DNA of 64,000 nucleotides from Eledone cirrhosa (taxonomy: Eukaryota): assembly GCA_964016885.1 (NCBI GenBank), contig OZ024747.1, forward strand, positions 76,198,001 through 76,262,000, in the 5' to 3' direction. The number at the start of each line of letters is the position of its first letter. Position 1 is the stretch's first letter. The notes under the pieces are model-generated. The model was not told the DNA's origin and did not search any database. It saw only the letters and a program-made list of their open reading frames with translations. The position numbers and the translations under genes were made by a program. This document shows positions 14,997 through 29,253 of the stretch, one piece after another.

Positions 14997-15369
14997 TTTT
15001 TATAAAGAAATGTAATACCCAGGATAATGTAATACTGTCGACTAGCATAAGCATGGCATCAGTAGGAAACTGATATCACTTTTTGGCTGTCTACATTCTG
15101 CAGTATGGTGTAAATGGGCGTAACTGCTAATATATTTATTATTATTTATAATCTAGTTTCTATCTCAGTTAAATAAATATGAGGATACGGCAAATATTTT
15201 GATTCCTGTATAATTACCATATATTTTATGGATATTATGCATATGAAAGATGAAATCATGTGGCTTATTGGTTAGAGAATTGAATTTTTACTCGTGAGGA
15301 TGCGAGTTCGATTCCTGGATGCTACTCATCCTGTTGATATTCCTGAACGTTAAATAGTATTAAAAGTGG

Positions 15370-15650
15370 TAATATCGCAGGGAGTTTCTTGCTCATTTTT
15401 AAACCTGGTGGAGCACATCTCCTTTCAAGGTCTAAAGAAAAGATTTCTTCTAGAGAAGGAAAGAAAATGAGAGAGAGGGGAAGTGACAAAGACATATAGA
15501 GGAAAAATCGAACCCAATAACATTTGTTATTGACTTAGAAATGATGAAACTCAAAGTTAACTTTGGAGGGATTTGAACTCAGAGCGCAGAGAACGAATAC
15601 AGGGAAGCATTATAACCAATGTTCTAATGACACTGCCAATTAGCCGCCTA
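15370..15650 (-). mobile_element. SINE family 1, long-tail subfamily (degenerate)
   Basis: Core plus extra tail (tttaaacctggtggagc) shared with 36870-37131 and 63163-63430. Confidence 0.55.
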
Positions 15651-15984
15651 TATATGAGATGTAGATGTTTGTAAATTTGCTTTCAATTATGGACATTAGA
15701 AAACAATAGATATTGGATATGTATGTGTGTTTTCTCAGTTTCTCAATGGGTAATAAATCCGTTCTATCAGACTGTCGTATAATTGTTTTACTGAATGCTA
15801 AACATGTTTTTTGAAATATCCATATTTGTTAAAAATTTCGGATCTGATATTTAAATTGGAATCATATTTGTCGATATCAGAGAATTATTTCACTGAATAC
15901 TTGTTAAATCTTCGACTGTTGGGAGACACGTTGGGAAAGAGAGAATTATCTCCGACAGCATCTCAAACGGTTAAACTCATAGTT

Positions 15985-16120
15985 AATGCTGGAACCCATT
16001 TTCAGCTGAGTATGATGGGTCAACGTGAAATGAAGTATTTTGCTCAAGAACAACACACACAACCCAGTCCAAAAATCGAACCCAAGACATTTTGATGGTA
16101 AGTACAAAACACCTACCACG
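15985..16120 (-). mobile_element. SINE family 2 fragment
   Basis: Antisense of gggttcgatt..tgtgttgttcttgagcaaaatacttcatttcacg..ctcagctgaaaatg. Confidence 0.7.
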
Positions 16121-16355
16121 ATACCAACAGGTAGTAACAATACAGTATAATATAACTGAAAATTAGCCCTGCTTAAATTCTAATCGTTGTAAAGAGCAGA
16201 CAATCCATTTACATGTTGAAGTGTATAAATAAGTACGTATCTTGTTAAGTACCAAAACATATTTGACCCTGCAAACCTATGACCAAATTGTTCAAGCCGT
16301 AAATATCGTATCATTTTCAGCAGGCATATTATGTATTATTATATAGTAATTAAAA

Positions 16356-16542
16356 AGGGCGATGGATTGGCAGTATAGGTAGAGGGTCGGACGCCTTGCT
16401 TTGACGCATAGAGTTACGGCCCTTGCCATTCTGAGTTCAAATCCCGCCGAGGTTAATTTGCCTTTCATTACGGGGTCGATAAAATAAAGTACCAGTAATA
16501 CACTGGGTCATTGCTGGCCTTGTGCCAAAAGTAGAAACAATT
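16356..16542 (+). mobile_element. SINE family 1
   Basis: Near-identical to 558-748. Confidence 0.87.
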
Positions 16543-17869
16543 ACATAGTAATTAGTGAGAATGTAAATATTATGTAATACGCTAGGGTGTTAGTTAAGAT
16601 ATTTATATATTTGAAAAGTATTTATTTCTAGCGAGTTATAGAGATTGCATATACATACACTTGTTCACCAGCCAACAAGTACTAGATGCACTGGGCTTGA
16701 AGAATATTTCACAGAAAAGGTTATATAAGTAAGTTTCTTCTTCTTCTTCTTCTTATAATAACAATATATATAATCCCGGCGAAGCAAATAAGCTGTAGGT
16801 TATGTGTATAGATGGTGAAAAGTGAGACACCCATCACGTATGCCAGAGACATGCGCAAAAGGAATAACAAAGGCGTCACGAGAAAATGTGTTGACACCAC
16901 CACTTGTCTTTAAGCCAGAAATATGGGTGTACAAGTATGAAATGTAAATGTGTATATTGGACTTTGTTAACCCAATATATGCATTATAACGTTTACCTGT
17001 TAGCCCTATAAACATGTAATTTCGACTGGAATATTGCATGATATGGACTATTTATTGTACGTCTGCACTTGCACGTAGTATAAGTTTACACTCGTGTAGT
17101 ATAAGTTTACTTGGTTGAACTTAATGATTTATAAGCTCCTAATATATATAAAGAAGTGTTATTTTTTCAATAAAATATCGCTATATATTTTTATGGTTAC
17201 TGTTTAAAGTGGTAAGTGTCTATTTATCTGAGTTGGCAAGTTTTATAATGTTTTCAATGCGTTTAAAACGTTACTCGTATAATGTAATATACTTTTTGAA
17301 TGGACTAGTTTATATAGATAATATAAGATCAAATGACCTCTTTCATCTAAGAGGCTCTCATTTGTAGTCATTATTCAAAACGTTTGAATTATGTAAATTT
17401 ACATCCTCGACCACCTCCGTTTTAAAATATTAAAATTTCAAATATATACCATTTTATAATAGTAGCGTTTACAGATCTACCGATGGGGTGACATAGGTTT
17501 TGTGATAAAGGTGTCTAGTAGCTTTTGTTCCTATGTTTTAATGAATACACATTTTGTTTATCTCGGTGTTTTACTACTTTGCTTTTGTTAACTAAATTTC
17601 AACTGTCGATCTTCCATCTACAATTTATACTAGAAATTTATATTAAGCAGATTGATTATTGTACCTCTGTCGTTGCATATATGTTTGGTTAGGGTAACTA
17701 TTCTGATGTATATTAAGCAGACTGGTTGTACCTCTGTCGTTCCGGGAGATTAACAGTTTATTTTTTATCCTATATTTTCTGTTTGCTTCAGGTTAAATCA
17801 CTCAAACCAACGTGGTCTTTCTACCTTCGTAATTCTAAACACAGAATTGACAGTGTGTATTACTTGTAG

Positions 17870-17901
<32 letters not shown>

Positions 17902-18340
17902 GCAAAAGTTTTATTTAAAATTGTTGGGTTACAACAAGTAAATATTTTATAACTGATATAAAGCACTCAAGTTTTGGAGTAGATATACGATATTAAACAA
18001 ATGGAAACTATATTTATAAAACCATATTTATTTCATTATACATATTTCAGGGATACCATATTAAAAATATGGCATGCCTTCCTCAGATAAAATACAATAT
18101 ATAAGCAGTTTTATAAATAAATTTGACGTACCATAAATATTGATCAACTTTTATGTAAGAAACCAACTTCTTACATAAAAGTTGATCAATATTTATGGTA
18201 CGTCAAATTTATTTATAAAACTGCTTATATATTGTATTTTATCTGAGGAAGGCATGCCATATTTTTAATATGGTATCCCTGAAATATGTATAATGAAATA
18301 AATATGGTTTTATAAATATAGTTTCCATTTGTTTAATATC

Positions 18341-18345
<5 letters not shown>
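17902..18345. mobile_element. Fold-back PLE pLTR pair (family C) in (TA)n
   Basis: Apparently perfect ~179-bp arms 17983-18161/18168-18347 with a 6-nt loop. ~80-nt extension on the left arm. Confidence 0.88.
18235..18300 (+). ncRNA. Type I hammerhead ribozyme (mirror copy 18029-18094, - strand)
   Basis: tattttat-CTGAGGA-agg c atgccatatt/aatatggtat c cct-GAAA-TATGTA-TA-atgaaata; 8-bp stem I. Confidence 0.82.
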
Positions 18346-18390
<45 letters not shown>

Positions 18391-18449
18391 ATGTGTATTT
18401 ATGCATAAATTCATATACATACACACACACACGCACACGCACACGCACA

Positions 18450-18508
<59 letters not shown>

Positions 18509-19479
18509 GCGTGTGTGTGTAAGAGAGAGATATAAGAGAGATTGATACCGAAAGAGTCTTGAATAAACCTGAATATCAGACTTTAGCAAGATCTTACAGA
18601 CTGTCAGATTTATTATGTTTTTGAGTAAACCTGAATATCAGACTTTAGTAATATGTTACAAACTGTCAGACATATTATGTTCCGATATCTAAGTCCGGTA
18701 CGTCAACAATGCTTTTTATTCTTTCTTGGTCGATAAAATACGTATGTATCATGTTAAAGTATTACTTTAATCAGTGATACTACTCTTCTCTAATTTAAGG
18801 TATTCTGCTTATGTTAGAATCCAATATAGTTTGGTTACTACTCAACATCGAAACGTCTGTTTTATGTTGTATTTCGTTTCTATTCGTCGAAGTGTTTGCT
18901 AATTGAATTTGTTTCTTACATTTGTATGTTTGTGACATGTTGCTATCGGCGAATTGAAGAAGACGCCAGAGTGTCGGGTAAATATCTTGGGTTATTCGAG
19001 CTGGCTTTCTGTCTCCTGTAGTCAAACAACACAAAGGTAAACTTTAACTGTAATCCTTTAAAATAGCATTCTAGTGTTGTGGTCAATACTCCGCTCCCAC
19101 CTTTTACCTTTTTAAGTCTTCATTGATCTATTTCTTTTTCAGGATATCGACTGTAGTCAAACCTAAACTTGTCCCCGCCAAGATTAAATGCTCATGACAC
19201 GGGGCACAGCTACGAATCCATTAGAAGTAAAGGGCTCAATTATATTTAATTCAGTCGTGTGGTATAATTATAGCGGTTGATTAGCAGTTTGGTTAGAGCG
19301 GAGAATTGGCGGTGTCAACTCCGACAGAACATTTCTCTGTTTAATGGCTTTCCATCTGTGACCACTCCACCAGTTATTCAGATACACTGAATGTGCAAAA
19401 ATTCAAAAGTTACGCCAATCTTCATTTTAAACTATGTACTCTCTGTCTTTTCCTTCTCCCTTGTCTGTAAGGTAAAGAG

Positions 19480-19680
19480 ACTGTTCTAAGACAAAGGCTT
19501 ATTAGGCCGGTGCATATCCCCGGTTTCCTTGGTGTTAAGCGTACATGACTCTCCCTGGATAGGAAGAGTACAAGACTCTCCCTGGATAGGAAGAGTACAA
19601 GATTCTCCCTTGATAGGAAGAGCACAAGATTCTCCCTAGATAGGATGCGGTCTATCGCAGGATTAACTTGCTGTGATTGG
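19480..19680 (-). mobile_element. SINE family 2 3' part with internal 27-bp tandem repeat (~19548-19645)
   Basis: Unit gactctccctggataggaagagtacaa x3.5. Flanks match the antisense of the 20680 and 27057 tails. Confidence 0.6.
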
Positions 19681-19835
19681 AGTGAGCCAAAAGAAAAAAT
19701 AGACACACGCTTTCATAGGATTTAAATTAGACATATGTGTTATTTTTAGCATATCGAGTTACCAGGTCAAGATTCCCTTGTAATTTATGGCTTGAATTGA
19801 TATGGTATAATATACCTGCTTTGTCTACACTTTCT

Positions 19836-20110
19836 GAAGGCGTGTAGCTTGGTGGATAGAATGTTCGGCTCAGTATTGTAAGATCATTAGTTCAACTACC
19901 AGCAGCCCTTTTGCTCTTAAGTAGAACACCTTATTTCAGGTTACTCCAGTCTACACAGTTGGAAACAGCCTTGTCATGCCGAAACTCCCTGAGAAGTATT
20001 TTAAGGTTACACGTGTCTGTGGAATGCTCAGTCACTCGCATTTAACAAGGTGGGTTTTTTTCCATTAATCGAATCACCTGAACCATCCCTCGTCGGAAAC
20101 GACGGAGATC
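19836..20110 (+). mobile_element. tRNA-derived SINE, degenerate (family 2-related)
   Basis: ggcgtgtagcttggtggatagaatgttcggct..gttcaact head, followed by a cttaagtagaacaccttatttcaggttactccagt core. Confidence 0.5.
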
Positions 20111-20679
20111 CAACACACATATACATATGTGATTTATGTTTTTGTATATATTCAACGGGCTTGGCTTTTACGTAGCGTGTTTATATTTCTCTATAAACTC
20201 TTTAAAGCTGTATTCTATATTGGTTTTCTTTATTAAGCAAAATATTTGTTAGTTTATATTTCGTGCCTTTCGTATCCGATCTCCTCCTAGCTAGAAAATA
20301 TCTTCCACCTTATACAGTCTATCGCAAACATCCGGCCTTGTAAATCCTCTTTCAATTTAAATGTTTTCTCTGCCATCCAGTATAAATGTTAGTGTCTGTA
20401 AGACATTTTATATTCCATTCTATTAAGATTAAATATTTGACTTTATAGCTTGAAGTAACAAGCAATTCTAGGGAGATGAAAAACAACTGTATCCATCCAT
20501 CTTATTTTCTATAATACTAATTTCCTTTTTTATAATTCAGCTGCGATATTTTCATAGCATGTTTTCCTTGCAGTAGCGAACAGAGTTATCCGCCTTGGGT
20601 ATGTACACTCTTTTTGTTTATTTGTTTTTTTCTGGATTATTACTTTGCGGTGGTGGTCTATTTTATTGAAAGAACATTG

Positions 20680-20905
20680 CGTGGGTTCGATTCCTGGACT
20701 GGGTTGTGTGTTGTATTCTTGAGCAAAATATTCCATTTCACGTCGCCCCAGTATACTCAGTTGAAAATGAGTACCAGCAATAGCTGGGGATTTATCAGTG
20801 CAATAGACTGGCGTCCTGTGCAGGTTTAGTCTTGTATTCTCAGTCGCTTAACGTCATGGAAACCGGAATAAGAACTGGTCTGATGAGCGTCTGGGCTCAA
20901 GATAT
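20680..20905 (+). mobile_element. SINE family 2 (CORE-like central region)
   Basis: B-box gggttcgattcc followed by tgtgttgtattcttgagcaaaata..cagtatactcagttgaaaatgagtacc. Homologous to 27057-27296. Confidence 0.75.
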
Positions 20906-20966
20906 GCTTTAGACTTTTAGATTTTAGCCTGTTAATAACCATTATTGACCACCATCACAATCACCC

Positions 20967-21033
<67 letters not shown>
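20967..21033. repeat. (CTA)n microsatellite
   Basis: Directly visible. Confidence 0.95.
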
Positions 21034-21034
<1 letters not shown>

Positions 21035-22316
21035 GAAGTTCATGTTTTATTTGTTTCTGTAATAATGAATTCATTTGGCCAGTAAAAGTGTTAGTTTACC
21101 AGAAATATGGAATTCCCAACCCTACTTGAAAGAGATTCATCAAAGTATTTCTGCAAATTTAGTTTTGTATCTTTCTTCCACCTTTGGGAACGTTCTTTAC
21201 CATTCCACAGCAGCCATATTCCTCCCCTTAATAACATTTTCTTTACGTAATATGTTGTTGGTTAGAAGTATAAAACTTTCAGTGTTCTGAAATACACCAG
21301 ACAATTCCTTGATTAACTATAAAAGCACGTAGAGAAACATTTTCTTTCATTTGTTGTAGATTAGGGTTTTTTCCAGATATGTAAAACCAACATATGCTTT
21401 TACATACGAAGCCATCCCTTGCTCTCTTGTGACTAAGCAGATCTAAATATCTCTTGTTTGTTCTGCCTATATCTTACTTCCATGAATGTCTGAGATTAAC
21501 ATTCATTGCTTCCAGTCCATCTTTCGTTGATAAAAGTAATCTAAATATAAATATAAGGCAGCTTTTATTTTACTGATGTCAAAGATGCGTTTCATTTAGT
21601 GTTGTTCTTCTTGATATTAATAAATAATTGGCACAATCTTCTTAAAAGTACAATTCAAATATTCTAAGTATAGCCTACTTTATAGTATAACGATAAAGAG
21701 AGAAGAGACAAGGTTATAATCAACTGTCTAGATTCCAGTCGCTGAGGTGGTTTTAGTAACTGTATAAAGGAAGGCTGGGGCAGGCGTTGAAGTATATTGG
21801 TGGGTGTCTCCATGCTAATTTATTACATAGCATTCTTTTGTATCTATTTTATAGAATTCTTTTGTTGTTGATAGTTTTATAAAACCAAGATACAACGTCG
21901 CTGGCATTACTTGCATTCACATTATTTTTATTCGCATTGACAATGTTTATTCTACCTAACGTTTCCAAAAAACATTCTTCATTTTACAAACACTATTTTT
22001 GATGTAGCTTTCTCTATACGCATTCTTCCCTGTAAACAAAGTTGTCACAGCCAGTGTTGGTCTCCTCAACAATGATCTATCAAGATTGTAGACACCACGT
22101 ATTTTTATGACAGTTTTTATGGTTTCCCGGTGATAAAAAGAACGAACACCACTGCGGGAACACCAAAGAAAAAAACAAATAATAAAAAACACAAATTTCA
22201 CTTCTAACTGTTTATAGTTAAACCAAGAACTAAATGTGTCAACTTTAATCAAAAGGAAATGCTAAACAGGAAGGAGTAAATAAAGAAAATGACTTACTAC
22301 TGGTAGTGACAATATT

Positions 22317-22494
22317 AATTTCTACTATTGGCACAAGGCCAGCAATTATTCCAGTACATTACTGGTATTTTATCGACCCCGTAAGGATCAAAGGCAAAGT
22401 TAACCTCGGCGGGATTTGAACTCAGAATGGCAAGGGCCGTAACTCTATGCGTCAAAGCATGGCGTCCTCTACCGATACTGCCAATCCACTGCCC
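22317..22494 (-). mobile_element. SINE family 1
   Basis: Reverse complement of 16356-16542. Confidence 0.87.
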
Positions 22495-24451
22495 ATTGAC
22501 AATATTAATAATAATAGTAATAATAGTCGTTCGGAAATGAAGGCTATAACGTGGTATGATGTAACACACAACATTGAAGAAAATCATTAAAAGATATTTC
22601 TAATATTATAGGACAGTCTAATATGAAAAACTGAACTCTGTTATAAATAAGGTATCATGTTATAAATGAAGTATTATATATAAACAATGAAGTACTACAC
22701 AACCTGATAAACTGGAAGTTAAGAAAATTGAAGAGATTAGACAGAATGGCGTGGAAACTCCTTCTAGTATTCCAAAGCCATTCTATTAAACGTTATATAA
22801 ACAGAACATGCCTACTCAGCACACAGACATACAACGAGATAATTACTAGATAATAGATAATTAGGAACTAGAGTATGACTAGAAAAATATTTACAAGTAA
22901 ATATATGGAAATTAATTAGTAAAATAAGGAACCATGAAAGAGAAACACGTTTTCTTTGTATATAAGAAAACATTGAGTACAAACGAAAGGTTAACTGCGC
23001 AGTCGAACATTTCTAGATTAGGTTGAATAACACGAAAGGTGTAAAAAAACAAAGTCAAATGAATAAAAACAGGGAGAGAAAATTAATTCATGGCCAATAT
23101 CTGACAATGCTTTTCTAAGAAGTAGAAAACAGCAGTGAAAGTTAAAAGCTAAAGACTATTTGCGTTAAAATGAGAAACAAGAGATCTAAGTTTTACTGTG
23201 TAGGATCAAGGCTCGCCACAAATATTTACCAAATCAAATGTAAACATATTAGCATTAATTGCAGGCTATTCATTCATTACAATGACACAAACGACCACAT
23301 AGTCCTTTCAGAGGCATGATACATTCTGTTACTATATCTATTCGGTAAAATGTCCACTTTAACAAGAATACGAACGTGAAGTGGTATTATCTTGTACCAA
23401 GCAGTCCCTCTCGACTTCCAGGGAAGCCGACCCCCACCCACACATCCAAATATAATTATCAGAGAGGTGAGTAAAACTCTAAGTACGTTGATAAACCTTC
23501 CATTATCTTGTACTAGGTGGTGCTCTTGAAACAATAATCTATATGAATTTCAATTATTGCTGCTTTTGTATTTTCTGTTCTTGGAAGTATATCAATCAAA
23601 TGTCTCTGTGTAGCAGCAGTGCGACCAATCGCATTGTCTTTCATCCATACCATTGATGGTATAAAGAGGAGGAGGAGGGCTGATATTCCTCCACAAAAAC
23701 CTCAAGTATAGATTATAGGTTTGGACAATGGGCAGAGACAAACAACACATAAGATGGTGAGAGGTTGCGAAGTAATTTGCTGTTGAGTGATAACATCGTT
23801 TCGACATAAATATAATAGAAACAGTAATTACAATAAACAGAAAAATGAAATATGTAAATAATAATAAAAGAAACAACGTTGGTACGAAGAACAACAAGGA
23901 GCATTAATAAGATGAGTTGTTAAAGTTTTAATACAAAATCAAATTCTGCGAAAAACTATGGATTCCAACAACAATGTCATATATTAAACATATTGATTGA
24001 TAACACATATTTTGTTTTGCTTCTTTGCTTCTATATGTAATTTTGGTTTACGATGTTTATTATAATCTTGTATTTTTATTGTATTTTATTCTACAACAAT
24101 GCTTGCATGTTTTTAGACATTACTGAAATATAAATGAACTATTGTGAACTATTGAAACAAAATGAAAGTTCTTAATAATTAGTTTTATCCTTTTTATTTT
24201 GATATAATTCAAAGAATTAATGCAAAGAAACAAATATACAAAATAATAAATTTTACAGAGGGAATTATTACTCACTTTTTGCTAAAATCTTAGATCTCAG
24301 TATTCTTGAAATATAAGACACGTAAACATATATTTATATCTCATTAATAAAGTTTGTTGAAGATTATATTTTATTCATGTAATTCTGCTCAGCTCAATTT
24401 CTCTTCCTCGCTCCACTCATTACCTATCTCTCAGACATACTCTTCCTTTCA

Positions 24452-24552
<101 letters not shown>

Positions 24553-24592
24553 GTATGTATATCCATATATATAAATAAATAATTATATATAA

Positions 24593-24687
<95 letters not shown>

Positions 24688-24689
<2 letters not shown>

Positions 24690-25591
24690 AAATCAAGGTC
24701 TAGCAAATAGAGAAAAGGTTTTAAAATAAATTTTAAAAATTTCGCAGTACTTACTATATGTGCCTTTACCGCGGTTTCATGCTCCAGAATAAACGGAAAA
24801 TCCAAGCGGATTTCCATTGAGAAGGGAGCAATCTTCAGAAGGCTCTTCTCCCTCGGAGAATATAAAATTCCCGAGTTCAAATCACAAACTGTCGCCATAC
24901 AAAACCATTCCCAAAATGAGAGCAAATGATTAATGAAAGAAATAATTCTGTCTGGTGCCGTGTGCAAAGACAAAAGGCAGGGTGGACAGGTTAATGTACT
25001 GCCACTAGAAATAGCAGCAGTCTAAACGGCCAAAGTTTTATCTCTACCTTAGGGGGAGATCAATAATAATAAAGTATCAATTCCTACGTGTAAAAAATAC
25101 ATATAGGGGAACAAGTATTATCCAACCGTATGCCAATGTGGTTCTATGGCGGTTCTATGCTATTTATAGTGGCAGGACATTGACTTGTCCACCCTTCCTT
25201 TTGTCTTTACACACGGCACCAGACAGAATTATTTCTTTCATTCATCATTTGCTCTCATTTTGGGAATGGTTTTGTATGGCGTCAGTTTGTGATTTGAACT
25301 CGGGAATTTTATATTCTCCGAGGGAGAAGAGCCTTCTGAAGATTGCTCCCTTCTCAATGGAAAATCCGCTTGGATTTTCCATTTATTCTGGAGCATGAAA
25401 CCGCGGTAAAGGCACATATAGTAAGTACTGCGAATTTTTTAAAATTTATTTTAAAACTTTTTCTCTATTTGCTAGACCTTGATTTTATATGTTCTGGCTT
25501 GTTAATTTATTAACCCGCCATAGAACCACATTGGCATATGGTTGGATAATACTTGTTCCCCTATATGTATTTTTTACACGTAGGAATTCAT

Positions 25592-25600
<9 letters not shown>
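24688..25600. mobile_element. Compound fold-back of PLE pLTRs (family D) in (TA)n
   Basis: 24689-25016 is inverted to 25155-25488; 25069-25152 is inverted to 25516-25598. Confidence 0.85.
25331..25413 (+). ncRNA. Type I hammerhead ribozyme with extended stem II (mirror 24762-24843, - strand)
   Basis: gcctt-CTGAAGA-t tgctcc...[aatggaaaatcc gctt ggattttccatt]...ggagca t-GAAA-CCGCGG-TA-aaggc. Confidence 0.88.
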
Positions 25601-25628
<28 letters not shown>

Positions 25629-25989
25629 GCTGAGTGTGATGAAGAGTATAAGAAACCATTTTGTACATACTAAAGTCGAGTATGTAATTCAGCTAATGCG
25701 TCTTTAATAAAACCAAATGTATATTGCGATTTTAAATTATTTATTTATTTCATAATACATTTCCAGAATGCTAGAACTATATTGAATATGGTTCTCTGTT
25801 AATCTATGTAAAACTTTATCCAGGTACATCGAAAGTATAAATATGTTCTTGTTGGAGAGATTTATACAATGATGAAGGTATTAGAATTAAAAAAATCATA
25901 AACATATTATGCAGGAAGAAAAAGGGATAGAGATAAAACAAAAATAAAAAAGGGAAATGAGCAAAGGTGATGTTGCAAACTCTTCTTCT

Positions 25990-26400
25990 TTGGCTGGGCC
26001 ACTCCAATGCAAATGCATTCATCATCGAGAAATATGTCGTGCATCGCTGTTTGACTGAGACATACCGTAGGGAAATGGGTTGGTGTTGTGCTAAAGAAGA
26101 CTGAATCCTCGTTCAAGTTGCTTCATTTTTAATATCAAGTCGGAGGTTATTGTCAACCAAAACTTGAGTTCAGACCTCTTGGAGAAAACTTCGTGCATGA
26201 GGGTGCGGCTGAAGATTATAGGTGACAGGTGACCATGCAGAAGCAGATCTGATTTTGAGAGGAGACTGAGGTCAGCTAATCGTATGGGGAGTTTCACCTG
26301 GTACCAAACGGTGTTATCAAATCTTACATTGCGGACACTTGTACATTCACATAACCAGCCCACGTCTATGTTACAAAACATCCAGTTCTAGCTTTTTGAT
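25990..26400 (-). pseudogene. Degraded CRE-like non-LTR retrotransposon RT C-terminal region
   Basis: NVRFDNTVWYQVKLPIRLADLSL resembles the W.QA.LP.R.GGLG motif; FLDDECICIGVAQ follows in another frame. Confidence 0.5.
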
Positions 26401-27056
26401 ATATTTGCTTTTGTAGTGAACGCATCTGACAGCATTTTATTTGGATGTCAATCGTAAACAACTTCATACACTTCGCTAAGTTTCATTAAAATATTACTAG
26501 TTACCGAAAATATTGTTCACCCATGCGAAAATGTTCTGATATTTCCAAGAATAAAAAAAAAACTGATCTCAAGCTAACCGAAGGTCAGCTCGTTATACAG
26601 AGGCCATATATGTGAAATCTCCACCCATGGAACAACACTGCTTGTTTAATGTGATGCTTACTACTTACGTATTTACATAAACTCACTACAGTTGCGAGGG
26701 AGGGGAAACATCATTGCTTTTCTGCCGCATTTGAGTGAAAGTTAAACGAACGACTTTAGGCTTTATTGTACATAAAATATATATCATCTGGCTATATAAT
26801 ACTAAACGCATCATAGCCTTTCTATATAATCCTTTTGAATTTGGAAAATTTATCAGATATTGCAATAAATTGTTTTCACTTTGATGAAGTATATTTTTGA
26901 AGTGGCTTTTAAACTGATACAATTTTTGTTTGATAAATAATAATCTTCAATCTAAATTTAATCACTTTTTCATAATTTAATCACTTTTTACTTATTAAAG
27001 TATCACTAGGAACTATGAAGTTGAATGACATAATGACCATGATGTTGATCTTACCC

Positions 27057-27296
27057 TCACGATGTCGTCGGTACAATTCCTGGACAGGCTATTGTGTTGT
27101 GTTCTTGAGCAAAACAATTTATTTCATGTTGCGCCAGTACACTCAGCTAAGAGTGAGTACCAGAAATAGCTGGAGAGTTAACCCTGCTGTAGATCGGCCT
27201 CCTATCACGGGAGAGAGTTGTACTCTCAGTTGCTTAGCACCAATGAAACTGAGGATAAGCACCGGTCTGATGAGCTTTCGGCTTAGAACCGACTTT
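27057..27296 (+). mobile_element. SINE family 2
   Basis: Homologous to 20680-20905. Confidence 0.72.
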
Positions 27297-28700
27297 AGTA
27301 ACTATGAACTAGCCGGATTATTTATTTATCCACGAATATCGCAGTCGGGTGATACTGATATCTAAATAAAAACACGTAAAGAAGAAACCAGCTTACTACA
27401 AAACATTTCTATATGCAATAATGTATTTCTTAAAACATTGAACTGCGATATAAACGGCGAGGAGATTATGAGGGATATGTATATATTATCTAATTGAACG
27501 CTCATATACTACTAGAATAACTAGTAATTTATTCATCGAGCATAAAGTTTTGGAAATAAAAGTAGACCACAAAGTTTCCTCTCTTTTTGTGCTCTACCTA
27601 TACCATCTTCCACCGTTCTACTATGAAAAAAAAACGCATACAGTGTTTAAGAGCGGGCAGACAATTAAAATTTACTCCAGTATGTGAGGATAAAAATAGC
27701 AAGGTATTGATGGATATATTTTAATTCAGATGGCAAAGAGACTTATATGATTACAATACGGAATGTTATCCAGAGTTCGGTCGAAAACCAAGCGTGAGCA
27801 ACTGCAGAAGAAAAAAAAATACATCGACGTAACATCAAACACGATTCGGTTCGAAGTCTTACAAAAGCGAAAACCTTGCTAAAGGTATCCCCAAACCAGA
27901 TGATAGTGTGACATCCAGTAACATGTTAGGCAAATGCACGATTAGTACTCATTTAGCAGTAACTAACATTAGCTTTGTTAAGCTATACACACGAACTATC
28001 ATGTGCTATATATATATATTTATATATATATATATATATAGTTCAAGAAAACGACAAAATAATATATATATATATACATATATATTTTTCAACTATATCT
28101 GTTGTTACACATTTAGAAACAGATCAGTGCAAGGCACGTTAAACCATCATAGGAAAGTTAATTTAAACTTGTTAATTAACTAACCACAATGGAAGGTTTT
28201 TATCATGTTTCTATGACACAATGATACTAAGATTCTAAAGCCAACAATAACGCAAATGCAATATATACACATGGAGTATATATACTCCTCTGTGATTAAT
28301 TCAATATGTATTGTTATAGGAGAACTAAACCTAATAAATAATGCTATAGATGCGTTTTATATAGCAAATGTGTCTATGCAATTTCGTAACTCAATAATGT
28401 TAGCGCTGGGAAAGTTTAAAAAAAGTCATTGTGCTATAGAATGAAATTTTCAGTGAAAGACGAATGGCTCCCGTTCTATTTCTTCAACAAAGTGGTGATA
28501 TGATATAATTAAATGATGGAAAACTAAAAATGACAGAAATATTTTGAAAAGGAAATTGTAACAAAAAGGCGCTCTAAAGAGAATATGATAATCCCGTCAG
28601 GTGCTAGATTAGATAACAATGTACAATAGATGCAGTGAAAATCTTTGGAAAATTCCTCTCAGATAATTTAACCTTTCATAAATATAGAAACGTATATGTT

Positions 28701-28802
<102 letters not shown>

Positions 28803-28987
28803 AAGAGACACACAGATATACACACGCACACACACATACACACACACACGCACACATACAAACACACACACACACACATATATATATATACATAAAAACA
28901 TAGATAGATAGATCGATCGATAGATAGATAGATATGAAAAATGAGAAAAAGAGAGAGAGTGAGAGCGAGAGAGAGAGAGAGAGGGAG

Positions 28988-29044
<57 letters not shown>

Positions 29045-29194
29045 AAGAGTGGAATAGATATTTAGGGAGAGAGAAATTATGGAATGATTAAATATTAAGA
29101 AAAAGGAGAGGCCAAAAAAATTAAACAATTTTTTATCTTTGTTGTCATTGATATCAGTATTAGGTTAACGTGCGTATATATGTATGTTTATACG

Positions 29195-29253
<59 letters not shown>

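Noticed and set aside
15258-15320. tRNA gene
   Set aside because: Has A/B boxes but no complete acceptor stem; better explained as a SINE head remnant.
23277-23904. Short ORFs, including a GGGGLIFLHKNLKY APE-like motif
   Set aside because: Stops in all frames and too little similarity to assign.
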